The notes: a model not told the origin generated them from the letters alone. A stretch of DNA of 64,000 bases from Octopus vulgaris (GCA_951406725.2 OX597816.1:155186001-155250000); one strand, 5' to 3'; positions 40,700 through 55,004 are shown, numbered from the stretch's first letter. Numbers and translations: made by a program.

Positions 40700-41270
40700 C
40701 TGCCAAGATTGATTTAATTTTAGTCAATTAAATTTGTCATCGCTTTCCTACTGCGGTGTAAGAGGTTTTTCTTTTCCTCTCCATAACCTCCAGTCCTGGT
40801 TATCCAATCTTCGATTTTGTCAATTCAACCCTACGTTTTGTTAGCTGCCGTCCAAATTTCCAGTCCAAGTTTTTTTAACCCATCTGTTGTCATCCCTAAT
40901 CTAAATGTGTTCAGCCCATCACAACCTCGATGATTTAATGAACTTGACAATATCAATTTAGCTTTCAGTCTTTCCGCATCCATATCGTCGCTTTTATTTT
41001 CTCACATTGTCCCAAACATTAATTGTACGCATGTATGTTGACCTTGTTATAGTTTGATTGTTAGGTATTTTGTCATATTCTAGGTTTCTCATGATAAGGA
41101 ATATTTTGGATAACGAATTTATTGTAAATTCGTCTTGAAAGTCTTGAAGGATGTATAAGGAATTTACCAGTGGGTTGTATTTATTTTATCTTAACTGCGT
41201 TGTAATACCGACCTGTAGCATGAGAATAGCATGAATTGTCATACCATGTCGACTCAAGCCTTGATTCCAG
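40700..41270 (-). mobile_element. RTE-like LINE 3' relic
   Basis: Minus strand gives WAEHI.IRDDNRWVKK, resembling WAGHI.R..D.RW.K. Confidence 0.55.
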
Positions 41271-42899
41271 ATTCTGTCTTGCTGACAAAGATTTACACAC
41301 AATGAAAGATGTACATAATGTCTAATTGCTATTTACCTGTGACCTGTGTCCACAACACACTTGTAAAGCAGACGGAGAAGTGTTGACTAAGATATGAGAC
41401 AAAATAATCCTGAGTCATCAGAGTACCTGCAACGACAAACTTACGTCGTGATAGCTGTTTAGCTCCAATTCAGCCCAGTTCGTACAGAGCCATGTTTAAA
41501 AAATCACATATTCCTTATTTCAGACACAATTGTTTATAAGTAAGTTACATAGCGTGTCCTTCATTTTAAAGATTGTAGTGATTTAGGGAAGAATTGTTGT
41601 GATCTCTAGCAGATCTAGTAACCACATACAGACTTTTATGTTGGTTTCTGAAAATTAACATAAAGCTCCCATGTAATTCACTTTTATAAAGAAGGACTGC
41701 AGGTAAATTTTACATTTATTGGACTGCGGCGAAGATACTTTATGCTTTAAACAGAAGAATCGACAGTGTTTCTATCTCCTACGGTGTCTTCGAGACTCAT
41801 AGAGTGTGAGAGAAAAGTGTTCTCAAACCGAAGATCTGGCACGAATGTTTGCAGCAGATTGGACACCGCTAAAGGCATCCAAGGACCAGATGGTGCTATT
41901 AAACAGAGTGACGAATTAAGTCTGCCCCTACTATTAAGTGTATCATCACTAACGGAATACGAACCTTTAAACTACTCACTAGTATCGACTGCGTAGCTAG
42001 GTTTTATTGTTAAATCATTTCTGATATGCATCATAAACATTTTGATTGATTGATTTAAAATATGGCTCTTTTCATAGACACATAACTGTTTTCTTTGAAT
42101 ATTCTTTACTTAATTTGATTTATTTGCAAATTTGCTTTTATGGAATATTTCCTCAGCTCAATATATTCCGTTTTTAATTTCCTTGTTTGGTTTCTTAATT
42201 GATTGTTTACGTTGTCAGTGGGATATCTCAGAAATTATTGACGCTATGGTATCCACATATGCTTTCATATGTTATCAATGATTTTTCCCAAAATTATTTT
42301 GATTTTATCTTCGACGAATATTTGCATTATTTAACAAGTTATTTGGATTTTCAGCATCTGGCTAGACTTTGATGTTCGTTATATTCACAAAATCTGCTCC
42401 GCAAATAGTACATTTTAAAATATTAGCCATAATTGTAGGGAAAATAGTTCTTTGGTGTTATCCAACTTCATATTTTTCATTAGTTCACATATTTCTTTCT
42501 ATCGTATAACAGTCCTAAATGGCTTGAATGTCATTTGATTCTAATGTGGAAATTTATCTTTTTTCAATAACATCAGTAATGGTGTTAGCATTTTCTTTGC
42601 GAACATTTCTCTCTATTCTTTTTTCAATTAAAATATATTCGTTGTTGGTTAAACAAGAACCTAAAGGCAAATACATGTGTATACATATTTAATCATTACA
42701 TCAAGTCATTCTCTTTGTTTAAGTTTGAATAGGTTTTCTTGTTATTCTTTTGTATGTTTTCTTTTGTTTCTTTCGACAAATATCTAAAGTTTGGCTTTTT
42801 GCCATTTTCAATGCTAGAAGCCAATCCTTCAAATTGATATGGAATATATCGGAGATTATTATTTATTTTTCCATTTTTCAGGCGCCAGTTTTTCTCCTT

Positions 42900-45420
42900 T
42901 CCATGTAACCTAGATAACTTAGATATATTTCAGCCAAAGATTGGCCTAGGCCATGTCTAACCTGATTGGATCTGGTAAGTCATTTTAAAGATAGTTTTGT
43001 GGTATTATGTCCCATTCAAATAAGGAGTTGGTGTTAACTGATATGTATCCTGACCTAGGTGTCTAATCTAGTGTCCCTTAAAGAAATTTGTTCAGGTTTC
43101 GTTTGAAGATTATGGGATCATTTTCTTTAAAATATTGGAAGCTATGAGTAGTTTCCCTGAAGGAAGAGAAGAGAGCAGGGCTTATTGAGTAAAAGAAATT
43201 GTGCTGCAGTGAATTTATGTGTTGTGAGACTAAATTGTGTAGGGATCAAAAGACGGGTGGCGCCAGTCTTGGATGAATTCTGAATCTAATGTCATTTAGG
43301 CAATTCTGGTGGTATATTCTTCACATTGTGCAAATGGTGTACGCCCGCGGAGGCGCTGGAGAGAATAAACATTCAATGTCTTAAGGTAGTTCTTAATAAT
43401 TAAGATCAGCCATGCCTTGTATTTTTTTAGAGAAGGTTCTCTAGGATGACTCAGTTCCCGAAATGTTTTGTTTGGTCTGGGGAAACCACAGGGGACAGCA
43501 ATATTCTAGGTGTAGCAGTATAAAGGAGAAGAATAGGTGAACGATGTTATTTTCTCTCTGGATCGGAAAGTTGCGAACATCCAGGGGCGCATCTTGCGCG
43601 CCATATCGACTTATTTTTGATGTTGGCACTCTAATTGAGAATGTTGTCAACAATCACTCCTCAGACCTTGATAATATTGGATGATATGAGTAGTTTACCT
43701 GAAGGAAGAGAATGTGCAGCCTTTTCTCAAAGGTACATGAGTTCAAATTTCTCCTAATTTAACCGCATGTTTTTGTCCGCCCATTGGCTTCCGGTATGTG
43801 GATCAAACTGGATTTCAGTTCGACTTTATTCTGCATTTATAATTTTGTGGAGTTTGGAGTCATCTGCGAATATTGTTATTTTGCAGAGATTGGTGACGAT
43901 TGAGATGTCGTTTATGCATGCTATAAAGAGAAACGGTCCCAAAACAGTCCCTTGGCGGATACCACTGGTGACTTGAATGGATCCGATCGATCGCAACAGG
44001 TTGTATTCGGCTCACCAGGGAATACTTAATCCAGTGTTGCAGTTTTCCATGGATTCCAATATGTGACAATTTTGACAGGAAGATTTTGTAGCTGTCTCTG
44101 CCAAACGTCTGCTGAAGTCAAGATATGATATCAGAGTTAGAACTAGATCCCAAGGCTTTTACGACATCATTCGAGGTGATGTAAAAAGTTATGCTTGGTA
44201 GTCTCTGCCGCAGCGAAAGCCATTTTGATTGGAATTTGGAATGCTGTGGCACTCCAAGAAGCCCTTGATCGCACCACCCTTTCAAACATTTTGATGATAT
44301 GTGAGGTGAAGTCGATAGCTAACTTTCAAAGAATTGTTTCACTTTTTGAAGATCGGGAAGGCAGATTGGAATAAGAACTGTTTCGGCCTAAATTTAAGCC
44401 TGAATAGTCTAAATAATTTTTCCAGAGGTTGGTTGGAAGATTTGCAAATTGGTGTCTGCTTTCCTTTAGGACATTAGCGGAGAATCTATTTGGACCTACG
44501 GCAGAATAATACTTGGCTTCATTTATTTCTGCTATGACATCTGAGGTAGTAAAAATTATGTCCGAGATAATATGTTGAGGATTGAGTTCGTTCAGATCGC
44601 TTGCTTCAGTATCAATGGGTTCCCTAAAGAGAGAGTAGTGTTGTTTTTTAATTGAATGACTTGTTTTTATTTAGTCTTTTGATTCTCCCGATGATTGTGT
44701 TTTTCTCTCTGGGAAATCTATTTTTATTAGTGCGTGTGTGTTTCGGAAGAGCGTGTTTTGAGCATGTATAAGTGACAATGTTCTCAAAAACGCTGCCATG
44801 TTCATTCAAAATCAGAAGAATTGTAGGTAAAAGACCAGCCGATAAGTGATAAATCTTTTCAAATTGCTCCCCAGTCTGCCTTGTGAAAACTGATGTTGTC
44901 AAACAGGTGCGCTGAGGCGAGAGTGACTGGTTTAATTTTGGCGTGCCGGAAACTCAGGTTGCGGAGTACCATGTGGTGGTCAGAGAGAAGAGCTTTTCAA
45001 CTGAAGTACTACAGACAGAGCTAGAGTGGTTTGTTAATATCAGGCCCAGGATCGTTTTATCTTGTCTAGTAGTTTCAATCACATGTTGGGTTAGGAAAAA
45101 TTCATTCATTGAGTTAAATAATAAATATACTGTTACTTTCTCTGGTGTAATGCAATTACATAGCTTCGGAGTATTTATGAGCCAAACCATATAAAGGAGG
45201 TTAAAATCGCCCATCATCGATATCAGTTCATTCACTGACAGTTTTTATAAATAAGTAATGAATTGAAGAAGTCGTATGTCAATATAATGGAAATAAGTTG
45301 ATATAGGTTATTTGCGTGTCACTCGTATTTTTGTATGTGAGATGGTAGCTTTCTCTGAAGAACAATTTATCTCGCAATAACTAGTCCGAGCTAAACGTGC
45401 TAGTTCCAGATTCGTCCTAC
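42900..45420 (-). mobile_element. CR1/L2-like LINE ORF2 relic (endonuclease plus RT)
   Basis: MGDFNL (APE domain), GIHGKLQHWIK, SGIRQGTVLGPFLF...IFADDSK (RT) and HLEYCCPLWFP. Confidence 0.9.
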
Positions 45421-47686
45421 AAAGTGAGATCTCGTTTGAAACTACAAAGTTTCTATGCTGAATGCATGCTTATAAGATATACAGATATGAACAGACCGCT
45501 GTTTTACTACTACATTTTAGTTATTGATATGCAATGTGTCTGTAGCTGAGTTGGCAGAATGGTTAGTATCGGACAAAATACATTATGGTATTTAGTTCCA
45601 GCGTTTTACATGCGTGTTCAAATCCCAATCGTGAAAAATTTCGTCCTTTCACAAAAAATAAATTTTTGCTACTCTGTCTATGGTAGTAATAGTTTGTATA
45701 CTATGAGTAGAATTATTATTCCCCTTCTTGTAAGATGTAATGCTTGCTTTCTTAGTCACATCATGTCACATTATTGTACCGCCTCAATTATTTACTTCAG
45801 TTAACATATAATTGTTATATTTCTATACTGAATTTATGATCTCGCTAGTGATACTTTATTTGTGAAGAGCAGTAGACATAACAACTCCTTATACTAGGTT
45901 AATGGCAAGGTCAATGAATGAAAAGACAGTGCGCCGGCATTTTTCTGGGTTGTATTTGATAAAGGAATTAAAAGATGAAGGAATTAAAAGATATATTCCT
46001 AGCCGGCGGGGGATCTCTTAATCACTTAATGCTGTAAAATTCGTAATAAGATCCGACAATGTTGAAGCTAATATAGCAGAATATTTTCAAAACTAGATGG
46101 CGCTCTCAAAAAGAATTGTAAAAGATTGTAAGGAGACATCTTGCTAAAACAGAGTTCGGTCGATAAGTAACAGATGTAATACTCAGACTGATTCCCAGTA
46201 AAAATAAAATAAAATTTTCCTGGAAAATTGATATGAGAGATGATGCCAATAGATGTATGGGTTCAGGTATGGCGGTGTAGTTACGAAGTTCGATTTGCAA
46301 CTGCGTGGTTTCCGACTCGATCGCACATACACTGCGTACGTGGGACCCAGGAAAAGTGTGGGTCTATCATAGGTTCAAGTCAGCTAAAACTTTATGTAAG
46401 GAATTTAGTAGGTGGAAACTTTGTGGAAATCTCTCGAAGAAAACGATACTCCTATAGTGTTTTGGAATCAATGCATTGCATCTTTAGTTGGAAAATATCT
46501 TCCTTCATTCTTCCTTCATTCTTCATTCTTCATTCTTCTTGGAGGCTTTCAAAAGTACTCTACTGTGTAATATTTTCTTTAGAAAGGGTGCAATGTGACA
46601 CATACGAAGTTAGATAACCATTATGCATTCTATAATACATCTGTATGAAAGACAAGATCTATGATGTGAAATAACATGAGAGGACCAATTAGATATGATT
46701 GATTCTTTCAATGTTGTCCCTGCTTCTGGCTGACAACCTGTCAACTCTGTAATACTTGGTTATAGTGAAGCGTGAAGAGGTCGTTGTGAGTTAAAGCTAA
46801 TGGAGAGGAACTCAATGTTCAAAGAATAGTATAATATGAGCCACTTGAACCAACAAAAGAACATTTTATGTGATCGCTCGACCTACTAGAATTAACAATC
46901 TCACTGAAATTACTGCTTTTCAAATTTGAGAGCAACGGCTCTTGATACACAATGCCTGAAACAAAACACCTTTTATGATAGGTTTTTATAGTTAGGACTG
47001 ATCTAGCGCTAAAGAACAATAACAGCAAAATATGAGCCACTAATTTCTCAGTTAGATCTCCGTAATACTGTTTACATCATCATCAAAAACTCTATTTTAA
47101 CGTGGTAGAAATGTGTTAGGCAGCGTAAATAAACAATAGTAAAAATTTGAATATATGATCAATGGTGTTTGTCGTCCGTTAAAGACAGCCTGAGTATATT
47201 GAAAGTTCCTTTGTTGTAAAAGATTTTTCTTTCCATGGATTTTTACCAGTTGTTCTTGCATGCGTGTCACTTCTTTACCGCGAGAAATAGACAAGACAGA
47301 TATAGCCTCGGCACTAGTGTTGTTGTGGCCATTACTCTCAGAACGCTGGGAGCCTAAAAGGATACCTAAATGCTCTAGTAATTCTGATAATTTGCTGCGC
47401 TATTGACTGAATCTTTTTCACTTAACCAGAAAGGTTGAAGGTCAACTGACATCAGCAGGAGTCAACTTCAGAGTCATGAACAACTATCAAACTGTCCTAT
47501 ACAATGCTGCAAAGATTCTAACGATTTGCTATTAGAATACGGTCGTAGAATATACAGTTAATAATAAAAATACAACGCGTTTTAAACCTTCTTCGAGAAT
47601 AAAAAAAAACCCCAAAACATTCGGCTGGAACAGAATAGGTAAATATCCTAAAATCAAATGCAATATAATAGTATTAATATTAGTTT

Positions 47687-48680
47687 CGAATTTTAGCACA
47701 AGTCCAGCAATTTCGAGAAGAGGGTAAGTCAGTTATATCGACCCCAGAGTTCAACTGATATTTATTTCATAGACCTCGAAAGGATAAAGTCGACCTCGGG
47801 AGAATTTGAACTCAGGACGTAAAGACAGATGAAATACTTCTAAGCATTTTATTCGACATGCTAACGATTCTGACAGCTCGTCGCTTTGTGTAATAGTTTT
47901 GATAACAATATACGTAGTAACAATATTAGCTCCATTGTCAAATTCCGTCGAGGTCGACTTTGTTATTCATTCTTTCAGACCGATAAAATAAGTACTAGTT
48001 GAACACTAGGGTCGATGTAAAAAAAACATTTACCCTCTCCCTCGAACTCGCTGGCTGTCACTTAAGTAAACTCAATATATGAAGTTTTGAGTTTACTCGA
48101 CTCCGAAATTAAACAAAGCAAGGTTGACGTAGGTGGAATGTATAAACACAAAGTGTAAATAACCGGAGGAAAATTGCAAGGCATTTTTCCGACGTTCCAC
48201 CGATTCTGCCAGCTCACCGACTTTAATAATTCTTTGTAATTCTTGTGCAAGGCCTACAATTTTGAGGGTAAGGCAAACATATATTACATCAACCCACCTC
48301 TACTTGACTGATACTTTAATATATCGACGACGATATAATATAAAGTCGACCTCGGTGAAATTTGAACTCAGATCCTAGAGGGCCAGAAGAAATTCCGCTA
48401 AGCATTTTGTCCTACGTCCTAACGATTCTGCCAGCTCGCAGCCTTTTCACCGCCTTTAAAATAGCTTCTAATTTAGGCACAAGTCCATCAGTTTTGATGA
48501 AAGGGGATTAATTGATACCATCGACTCAGTGCTTGGCTGTTACTTCATACTATCCACTCCGGAAGGATGGAAAACAATGTTGACTTCAGCAAGATCTAAA
48601 CTCAAAATGTAAAGAACAGAAACAAATTCTGTAGAACGTTTTTTCGATGCTCTAACTATTGTGACAGCTTACCACCTTTC
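47687..48680. mobile_element. Cluster of about 5 SINE family B copies in mixed orientation
   Basis: Repeated AAAGTCGACCTCGG/GAATTTGAACTCAG motifs and their complements. Confidence 0.8.
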
Positions 48681-49621
48681 ATTACCTTTATGTATGAAAC
48701 AAGTATTTATTGGAAAGAGCAGAAATGACGGAAACTATAAACATCACACTCTGTAATTTCCAGTTTATATTCCTAAATTTGCAAAAAGATGCAGTATTTG
48801 TTCCCGTTCTGTCATTCAGTTTACATGCAGTGTAAAAGGGAGACATTTTCAGATAGTAATCTAATCAGAAGCATTGCATTCTATAGCAATGGTAATGATA
48901 AATTTAGTGCATATTTTAACGAATAAGTCGCTATGGTGTCGCACGTTTTGCCAAAAACAGCAGCAAACTTTCCCTAACTACCTAACAACCATTGTTGAGG
49001 CACAGTGTGGCTGAATAGTTTAGACGATTGTTTTGCATCCACGAGGTCTCGGGTTCGATCCTACTGCGAGACATTTTAGGCAAGTGTCATTTTACTATAA
49101 TCTCGAGTCAAATCATACCTTGTAAGTGTAACTAGAGAGACGGAAACTGTACAGGAGCACGTCGAATGAATTGTACCAATAAATCATAAGCCACAGCCTT
49201 GCCATACACCGTGTTGCGCTGATTCTGCTTGAAGGTTCATGTTTGAGGGTTCTTGTATCAATGATATATTCAGCCACTTAGACTGTCATTCAATAAGCTC
49301 CATAGTTGAAGTGATTGAATAACTTAATCGTTGTCCTGCAGTGTGTTGAGATAAAAGTAAAGATGAAATGGTCATAGCTTGGATATTGTCTTGTTCATTA
49401 TTTTTAAGTATTATACTTATTCTATCGATTTCTTATGCCAGACGCACACATGCATGTATATACATATATGCATGCATGTGTGTGTATCTGTGTGTAGGAA
49501 AAAACAAAAGCATGCACATAGTTGGTATCCAAATTTGAATTCTCAAATTTGGGTAAAACTGTTAACCCCCACCCAAATGTGTTTTTTCTCTGTCTCACCC
49601 ACCAATTCTTCCTAATATTTC

Positions 49622-49662
49622 AAATATTTGATAAGATGGATACATCGAAACCGATATTATTT
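49622..49662 (+). ncRNA. Minimal hammerhead candidate with U3-A8 core
   Basis: AAAUAU-UUGAUAA-GAUG gaua CAUC-GAAA-CCGA-UA-UUAUUU. Confidence 0.55.
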
Positions 49663-49734
49663 TATTAAACATTCTCTAAAATATGCTTCTGCGCCTTTTC
49701 CAACTTTATTTACCTTTTTTAACTACACACACAA

Positions 49735-49802
<68 letters not shown>

Positions 49803-50714
49803 TCGTATATAGTTACATTTATCAAATTCACCCACGCAGAGGGATTGAAAATGGTCTTATAAAAGTAAATAATCGAAATTTACAGAAGAAACCTTTGTTA
49901 TTTTAAAATCTGTGCTTAAGCAATATCTATTTGGAAAGAAATAATAGCGTTTAAGTAAAAAAAAACATTCTTAATGAAACACAACTGAATAAAACGATTT
50001 CCGACAGGAGTTGCTCAGAATAACTGGCAGCTGTTCCATGGATCATTGGTAATTATAAATCAATAAGAAAGTGTTTTTCTTTTCTCGGTCGGGTTTCTAT
50101 TAAATATTTGACATATCAAGAAACTTTATGCGAGTTTACGATAAGATAAACTGTTTGACTCACATTCTAAACAAAATTTGCAGAGTAAAACACTCACAAA
50201 TATTTAATGAAACTAGGAATCTACGAAACTATAAATGAAATACAATTTATTTTCTCGTAAAATAATTAAAAGAAAAGCAATTAATGTCTGCGTAAACTTT
50301 AAATTTGTTTCATCTTTGTTAGTTTTCTGCAAGATCTCACTGCTAAATACTGCCTTGTAATTAAATTATCTTCAGCCTCAAGTCGTTCTGTGGTTTGAGG
50401 TTGAATACCAATAATCGTCTATCGCATCCATATCCGAAGTATTCTTACTCCATATCTCACCACCAGTACTACACACAATGATTAATTATACCTACAGGTA
50501 ATGAACTTCATGTTTTAGCCACATCTTAAAGATTGTAAGTAGTTGAAAACAGAAAGTAGAATAAACGTTTGCTTTCTAAACTACTTAATGTTAAGTTCAG
50601 GTTCACCTTAGGTTTGGACTAGATAATAATGTCTCTCCAGTATGTTTCCCTGACGAAATCTAAGCCAATGACGAATCCGGAAGAAAATATCAAAATATAT
50701 ACCAGTGATACTGG

Positions 50715-51300
50715 CTTCAAATTTTGGCGCAAGACCAGCAATTTCGAGTTACAACGATATCAGTGTTCAGCTGGTACTTATTTTATCGTCTTCGAAATAA
50801 TGAAAGGCAATGTCGACCTCGGGATAATTTGAACTCAGAACGTAAAGTCAGACGAAATGCTGGTAAGCATTTTGCCCGGCGTGCTAACGATTCTGCCATT
50901 CGCATCAGGGATATTGATTTCTGTCAATAATATTACTTATATATAAGCTGGCAGAATCATTAGCAAAAGGGACGAAATGTTGGTTAGCTGCATTTCATCC
51001 GTTTTCACTTTCTGAGTTCAAATTCCACCAAGGCTGACTTCGTCTTTCATCCTTTCGGGGTCATTAAAATAAGTACTAGTTGAGTACTGGGGTCGCTGTA
51101 ATATTTTTATGCCCTCCTCGAAATTCTTGGATGTGTACCAAAATTTGAAATCAATATTAGCTTCAAATTTTGGAACAACTGGTACTTATTTTATCGACCC
51201 TACCTTATTTCTATCAGTAATATTAATAGTATGTTAGGCGGCAGACTGGCAGGATCGTTAGAGCACAAAGACAAAAAGCTTAGCGGTATTTCGTCAGTCT
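50715..51300. mobile_element. Cluster of SINE family B copies (head-to-head pair plus fragments)
   Basis: 50715-50900 on the minus strand and 50947-51150 on the plus strand. Confidence 0.8.
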
Positions 51301-51683
51301 CATTTGGGTGGAAATATTCCCAAAATATGTAAAATTTATATCATTTGTATAAATTACATGTTATTTGTAAAAATTTAATTTTTTCCTTTCTATTGAACAA
51401 TAGGGCAGCCATTACAAACACACAAATCACATACATATACATATGATTTCATTGAGTTGCCTTTTTATGTATTTTTCTGATTTAATTTCAGTCTGGTGAT
51501 TGTCAGATATCCCAAGGTGAAAATGTGGAAGAAAACTGGGGAGGCGGAGGCGGTGGTGGTGGAACGTTTATTTTTATGGTAAGATGTATATATATCTTAA
51601 CCCTTCTCCATATATATATATATATTTGTGTGTGTGTGTATCTGTGTGCGCGCGCGTGTGTGTGTTTGTATGTTTGTATGTAT

Positions 51684-51734
<51 letters not shown>

Positions 51735-51818
51735 TTAATGGACATCAACATAGATAAATATTTGTATCTGTGTGCGCGCGCGCGTGTGTGTATGTATGTT
51801 TGTATGTATGTTTGTATG

Positions 51819-51859
<41 letters not shown>

Positions 51860-51889
51860 GCGAGAATGAAGCAACAAGAATGGATAGGT

Positions 51890-51980
51890 TTTTAGTACAA
51901 TCGTTTCATACAAGGACAGGTTTTATTAAAAGTTGCAAAAATTACAGCATATAAACGTGTCCCGTACTCATCAGCTAAAA
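51890..51980 (-). ncRNA. Canonical type I hammerhead ribozyme candidate
   Basis: UUUUAG-CUGAUGA-GUACGGGACA...UGUCCUUGUAU-GAAA-CGAUUG-UA-CUAAAA. All core nucleotides are intact and stem I is 6 bp. Confidence 0.8.
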
Positions 51981-52407
51981 TACATGTGAGTTCTCTAGAC
52001 ATCCTAGTGGTTGAGGCTATACTCATGAAGTAATGTAGATAATTAAGTAACATAAACAGATTTCAAAAGTTCATTAAAGTTCTTTAAAGATGATGTACAG
52101 TCTTATCACAGAATTTTAAAAAAGTCTTAATAGCATCACAGAGAAGGTGACCCAATCCATAGTGCACATATGAATATCCAGAGATATGATGAGGGATTAC
52201 ATACTCACAGAAAGCAAATTTATCCATTGTTAATTACAACGAGGTGGGTTTCAATTCCTGCTTATTAGCATTACAGAGAGGGTGAATTAATCCTTTGTAT
52301 AGATGTACAATTTCCAATGGTGTAGGTGTAAATTTCCAAGGAATTTCATATTCACAGGCGATAAATTTAATTGTGCATCTATACAAATTGTGCATCTATA
52401 CAAAGGA

Positions 52408-52486
52408 TGTGTCTTCTACTATAACCTCGGGCCGACCAAAGCCTTGTGAGTGGATTTGGTAGACGGAAACTGAAGGAAGCCCGTCG

Positions 52487-52523
<37 letters not shown>

Positions 52524-52696
52524 TTGTCCCCCAACATCGCCTGACAACCGATGCTGGTGTGTTTGCGTCCCTGTAACTTAGCGGTTCGGCAAAACAGACC
52601 GAAAGAATAAGTCCTGGGCTCGATTTGCTCGGACAAAAGGCGGTGCTCCAGCATGCCCACAGTCAAATGACTGAAACAAGTAAAAAGAGTAAAAAA
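52408..52696 (+). mobile_element. SINE family A, 5'-truncated
   Basis: Homologous to 58350-58783. Confidence 0.85.
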
Positions 52697-53377
52697 GTGA
52701 TTTTGCGTGTATATGTGTGTGTGTGTGTGTATGTTCATATATTTTATGTGGTTATGGAACAATGCATCAAAAGAAAGAGACATCGTAGTGTTGTGTGTGC
52801 GGGAGTGAGTGAGTGAGTTTAGATGAATAAATATTAGCAAGAAGGGTTGAAGGTGGAAGTTGAGAGATATTTTGGGATGGTTTGAATGAATCATAAAAAT
52901 GGAAATGAATAAGCATTGTTTATCAGACAGTGGAGACGAGAATTCGTTATTTTAATAAAGAACATAAATAGATCAATTTATTAACTTTTTGAACATGATA
53001 TATCAAATATGCATCCCTTTTAATTTCTAGTCAATTAAAATTTGAATGTGTTTTATCGATTTCTATCAAAACAAAATAATTTAATCAATATTATTGGATA
53101 CACCAGATACTGTAAGGAACTATGATGTTCTTCCTGGACGGGTTTTCTGTTTTTATCTTTCCATTTAGTGTTTGCTGTGTGTTAGTGTGTGTGTGCGTGT
53201 GTTTGTTGGTTTGTGTGTGGGTTGGGGGCACCACCTTGAAGAACTCTTGGTAAAATGAATAGACCACAGTACTTATTTTTTAAAAGCTTGGTACCCCTTG
53301 TTGCCGAACCTCTGGCTTACGGAACTATAAACAAACCAGCACAGGTTGTCAAGACCTGGTGAGGGACAAACACAGAC

Positions 53378-53452
<75 letters not shown>

Positions 53453-53476
53453 TATACGAAGAGAAGTAAAACAAAA

Positions 53477-54180
53477 ATTGGATGTTACATTTATATATCT
53501 ACGAAGAGAAGTCAAAAATGTTCCGCACTTCACCATAACATATCTTTATTATTGCTATATTGCCTTCTGCGCATGCCTGTTTATAGTTAGTATTCTTGTG
53601 GTCACGTTATCAAAGTTTGAGTCTGATCGCACCATTTTCCTCTCTGGTTTTACCGTGTAAATATGGCCGCTCCACTAGCAATGTGCATCAATGAAGATCA
53701 ATGAGCAGTGATCCAAATACTCTGGTCCAAAGGTGTGTCAGATGCTGAAATTCATCGAAGGTTTTTAGCACAATACGGGAACAGAGCACTAACACGTAGA
53801 AGTGGGTCGAGAAGTTTAAAAGTGGCCGGACAAGCCTGAGGCATGAAGAGGGGCTGTACTCCCACCAACCTGCTCCACTGACGAGAAGATTCAGCAAGCT
53901 CGAGAGATAGTAATGGTGAACTGGTTTACCATTACCATTTCTCGAGTCACTGCTCTTTGTTCTTCTCTGGTGTACATTGCCTGTGAAGGAGCCATGCTTA
54001 CACTGTAAAGCCAGAAAGAAAAATGGGGCAATCAGGCTGAACTTCGATCACGTAAACGCAATAGTACCAACTATAAGCACGCATGCCTAGAAGGTAGTGT
54101 GTCAATAATGAAGATATGTTATGGCCAAAGTGCGAAAAAGTTTTGACTTCTCTTCGTAGGTATATCAATGTTAGATCCAA
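53477..54180. mobile_element. Mariner-derived fold-back element made of two 5' ends
   Basis: About 210-bp inverted arms. The plus strand encodes MAAPLAMC...AVIQILWSKGVSDAEIHRRFLAQYG, a mariner N-terminal HTH region. Confidence 0.8.
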
Positions 54181-54487
54181 CGATCAAAATGTAGGAAGAA
54201 AGTGGGCTTTAAGCAATCTGTAGAATATATATAAAAAAAACTTTCAGCAACAACAGTGGTTTATTAAAACGGAAGGTCGTGGAATTTTTTCATATCGAAG
54301 CACGATAGGCTGATGAAAATTAATTTATATTTCATGGTAGGCAGCCAAGGTTGTCAGGTATGCGAATGAAAATCCAAGAGTTAAGGAATGGAGTAGATAA
54401 GCTCCGGATTACAAATATTTTATAGCAAGCGGAACCTCGGAGGTGGTAAATATCCAAGCGAGGTGAATAGCGCAGGTTACTCGTCTG

Positions 54488-54633
54488 CTAACTTAGTGGT
54501 TTGGCAAATGAGGCCGATAGAATAAGTACTAGGCTTACAATGAATAAGTTCTGGGGTCGATTTGCTCGTCTAAAGGCGGTGCTCCATCATGGCCGCAGTC
54601 AAAATGACTGAAACAAGTAAAAGAATAAAAGAA
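54488..54633 (+). mobile_element. SINE family A, 3' part
   Basis: Tail homology to 58350-58783. Confidence 0.85.
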
Positions 54634-54706
54634 TACATACACATATACATATATATACATATTTATATACATACATACATACATATATATATATATACAT
54701 ATTTAT

Positions 54707-54796
<90 letters not shown>

Positions 54797-54819
54797 GTAT
54801 GTGTGTGTGTGTGTGTGTA

Positions 54820-55004
54820 TTGATAGAAATGGCAAGACAACAAGAGAATGAAATAGACATCGATATTATGTAAATAGAGGAATTTATCTGTAAATATAAT
54901 ATGTGACAATTATTCGGTGGCCACGACAAAACTCCGAGTTTCGGATGTCGGGGCGGAAACCCACGCCAGCATCTCTTCAGTTATGGCTACCGAATAATTG
55001 TCAC
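54820..55004 (-). mobile_element. Family C fold-back element with a hammerhead
   Basis: Minus strand reads ATAA-CTGAAGA-GATG...CATC-C-GAAA-CTCGGAG-TT. Arms are 54903-54923 and 54984-55004. Confidence 0.8.
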
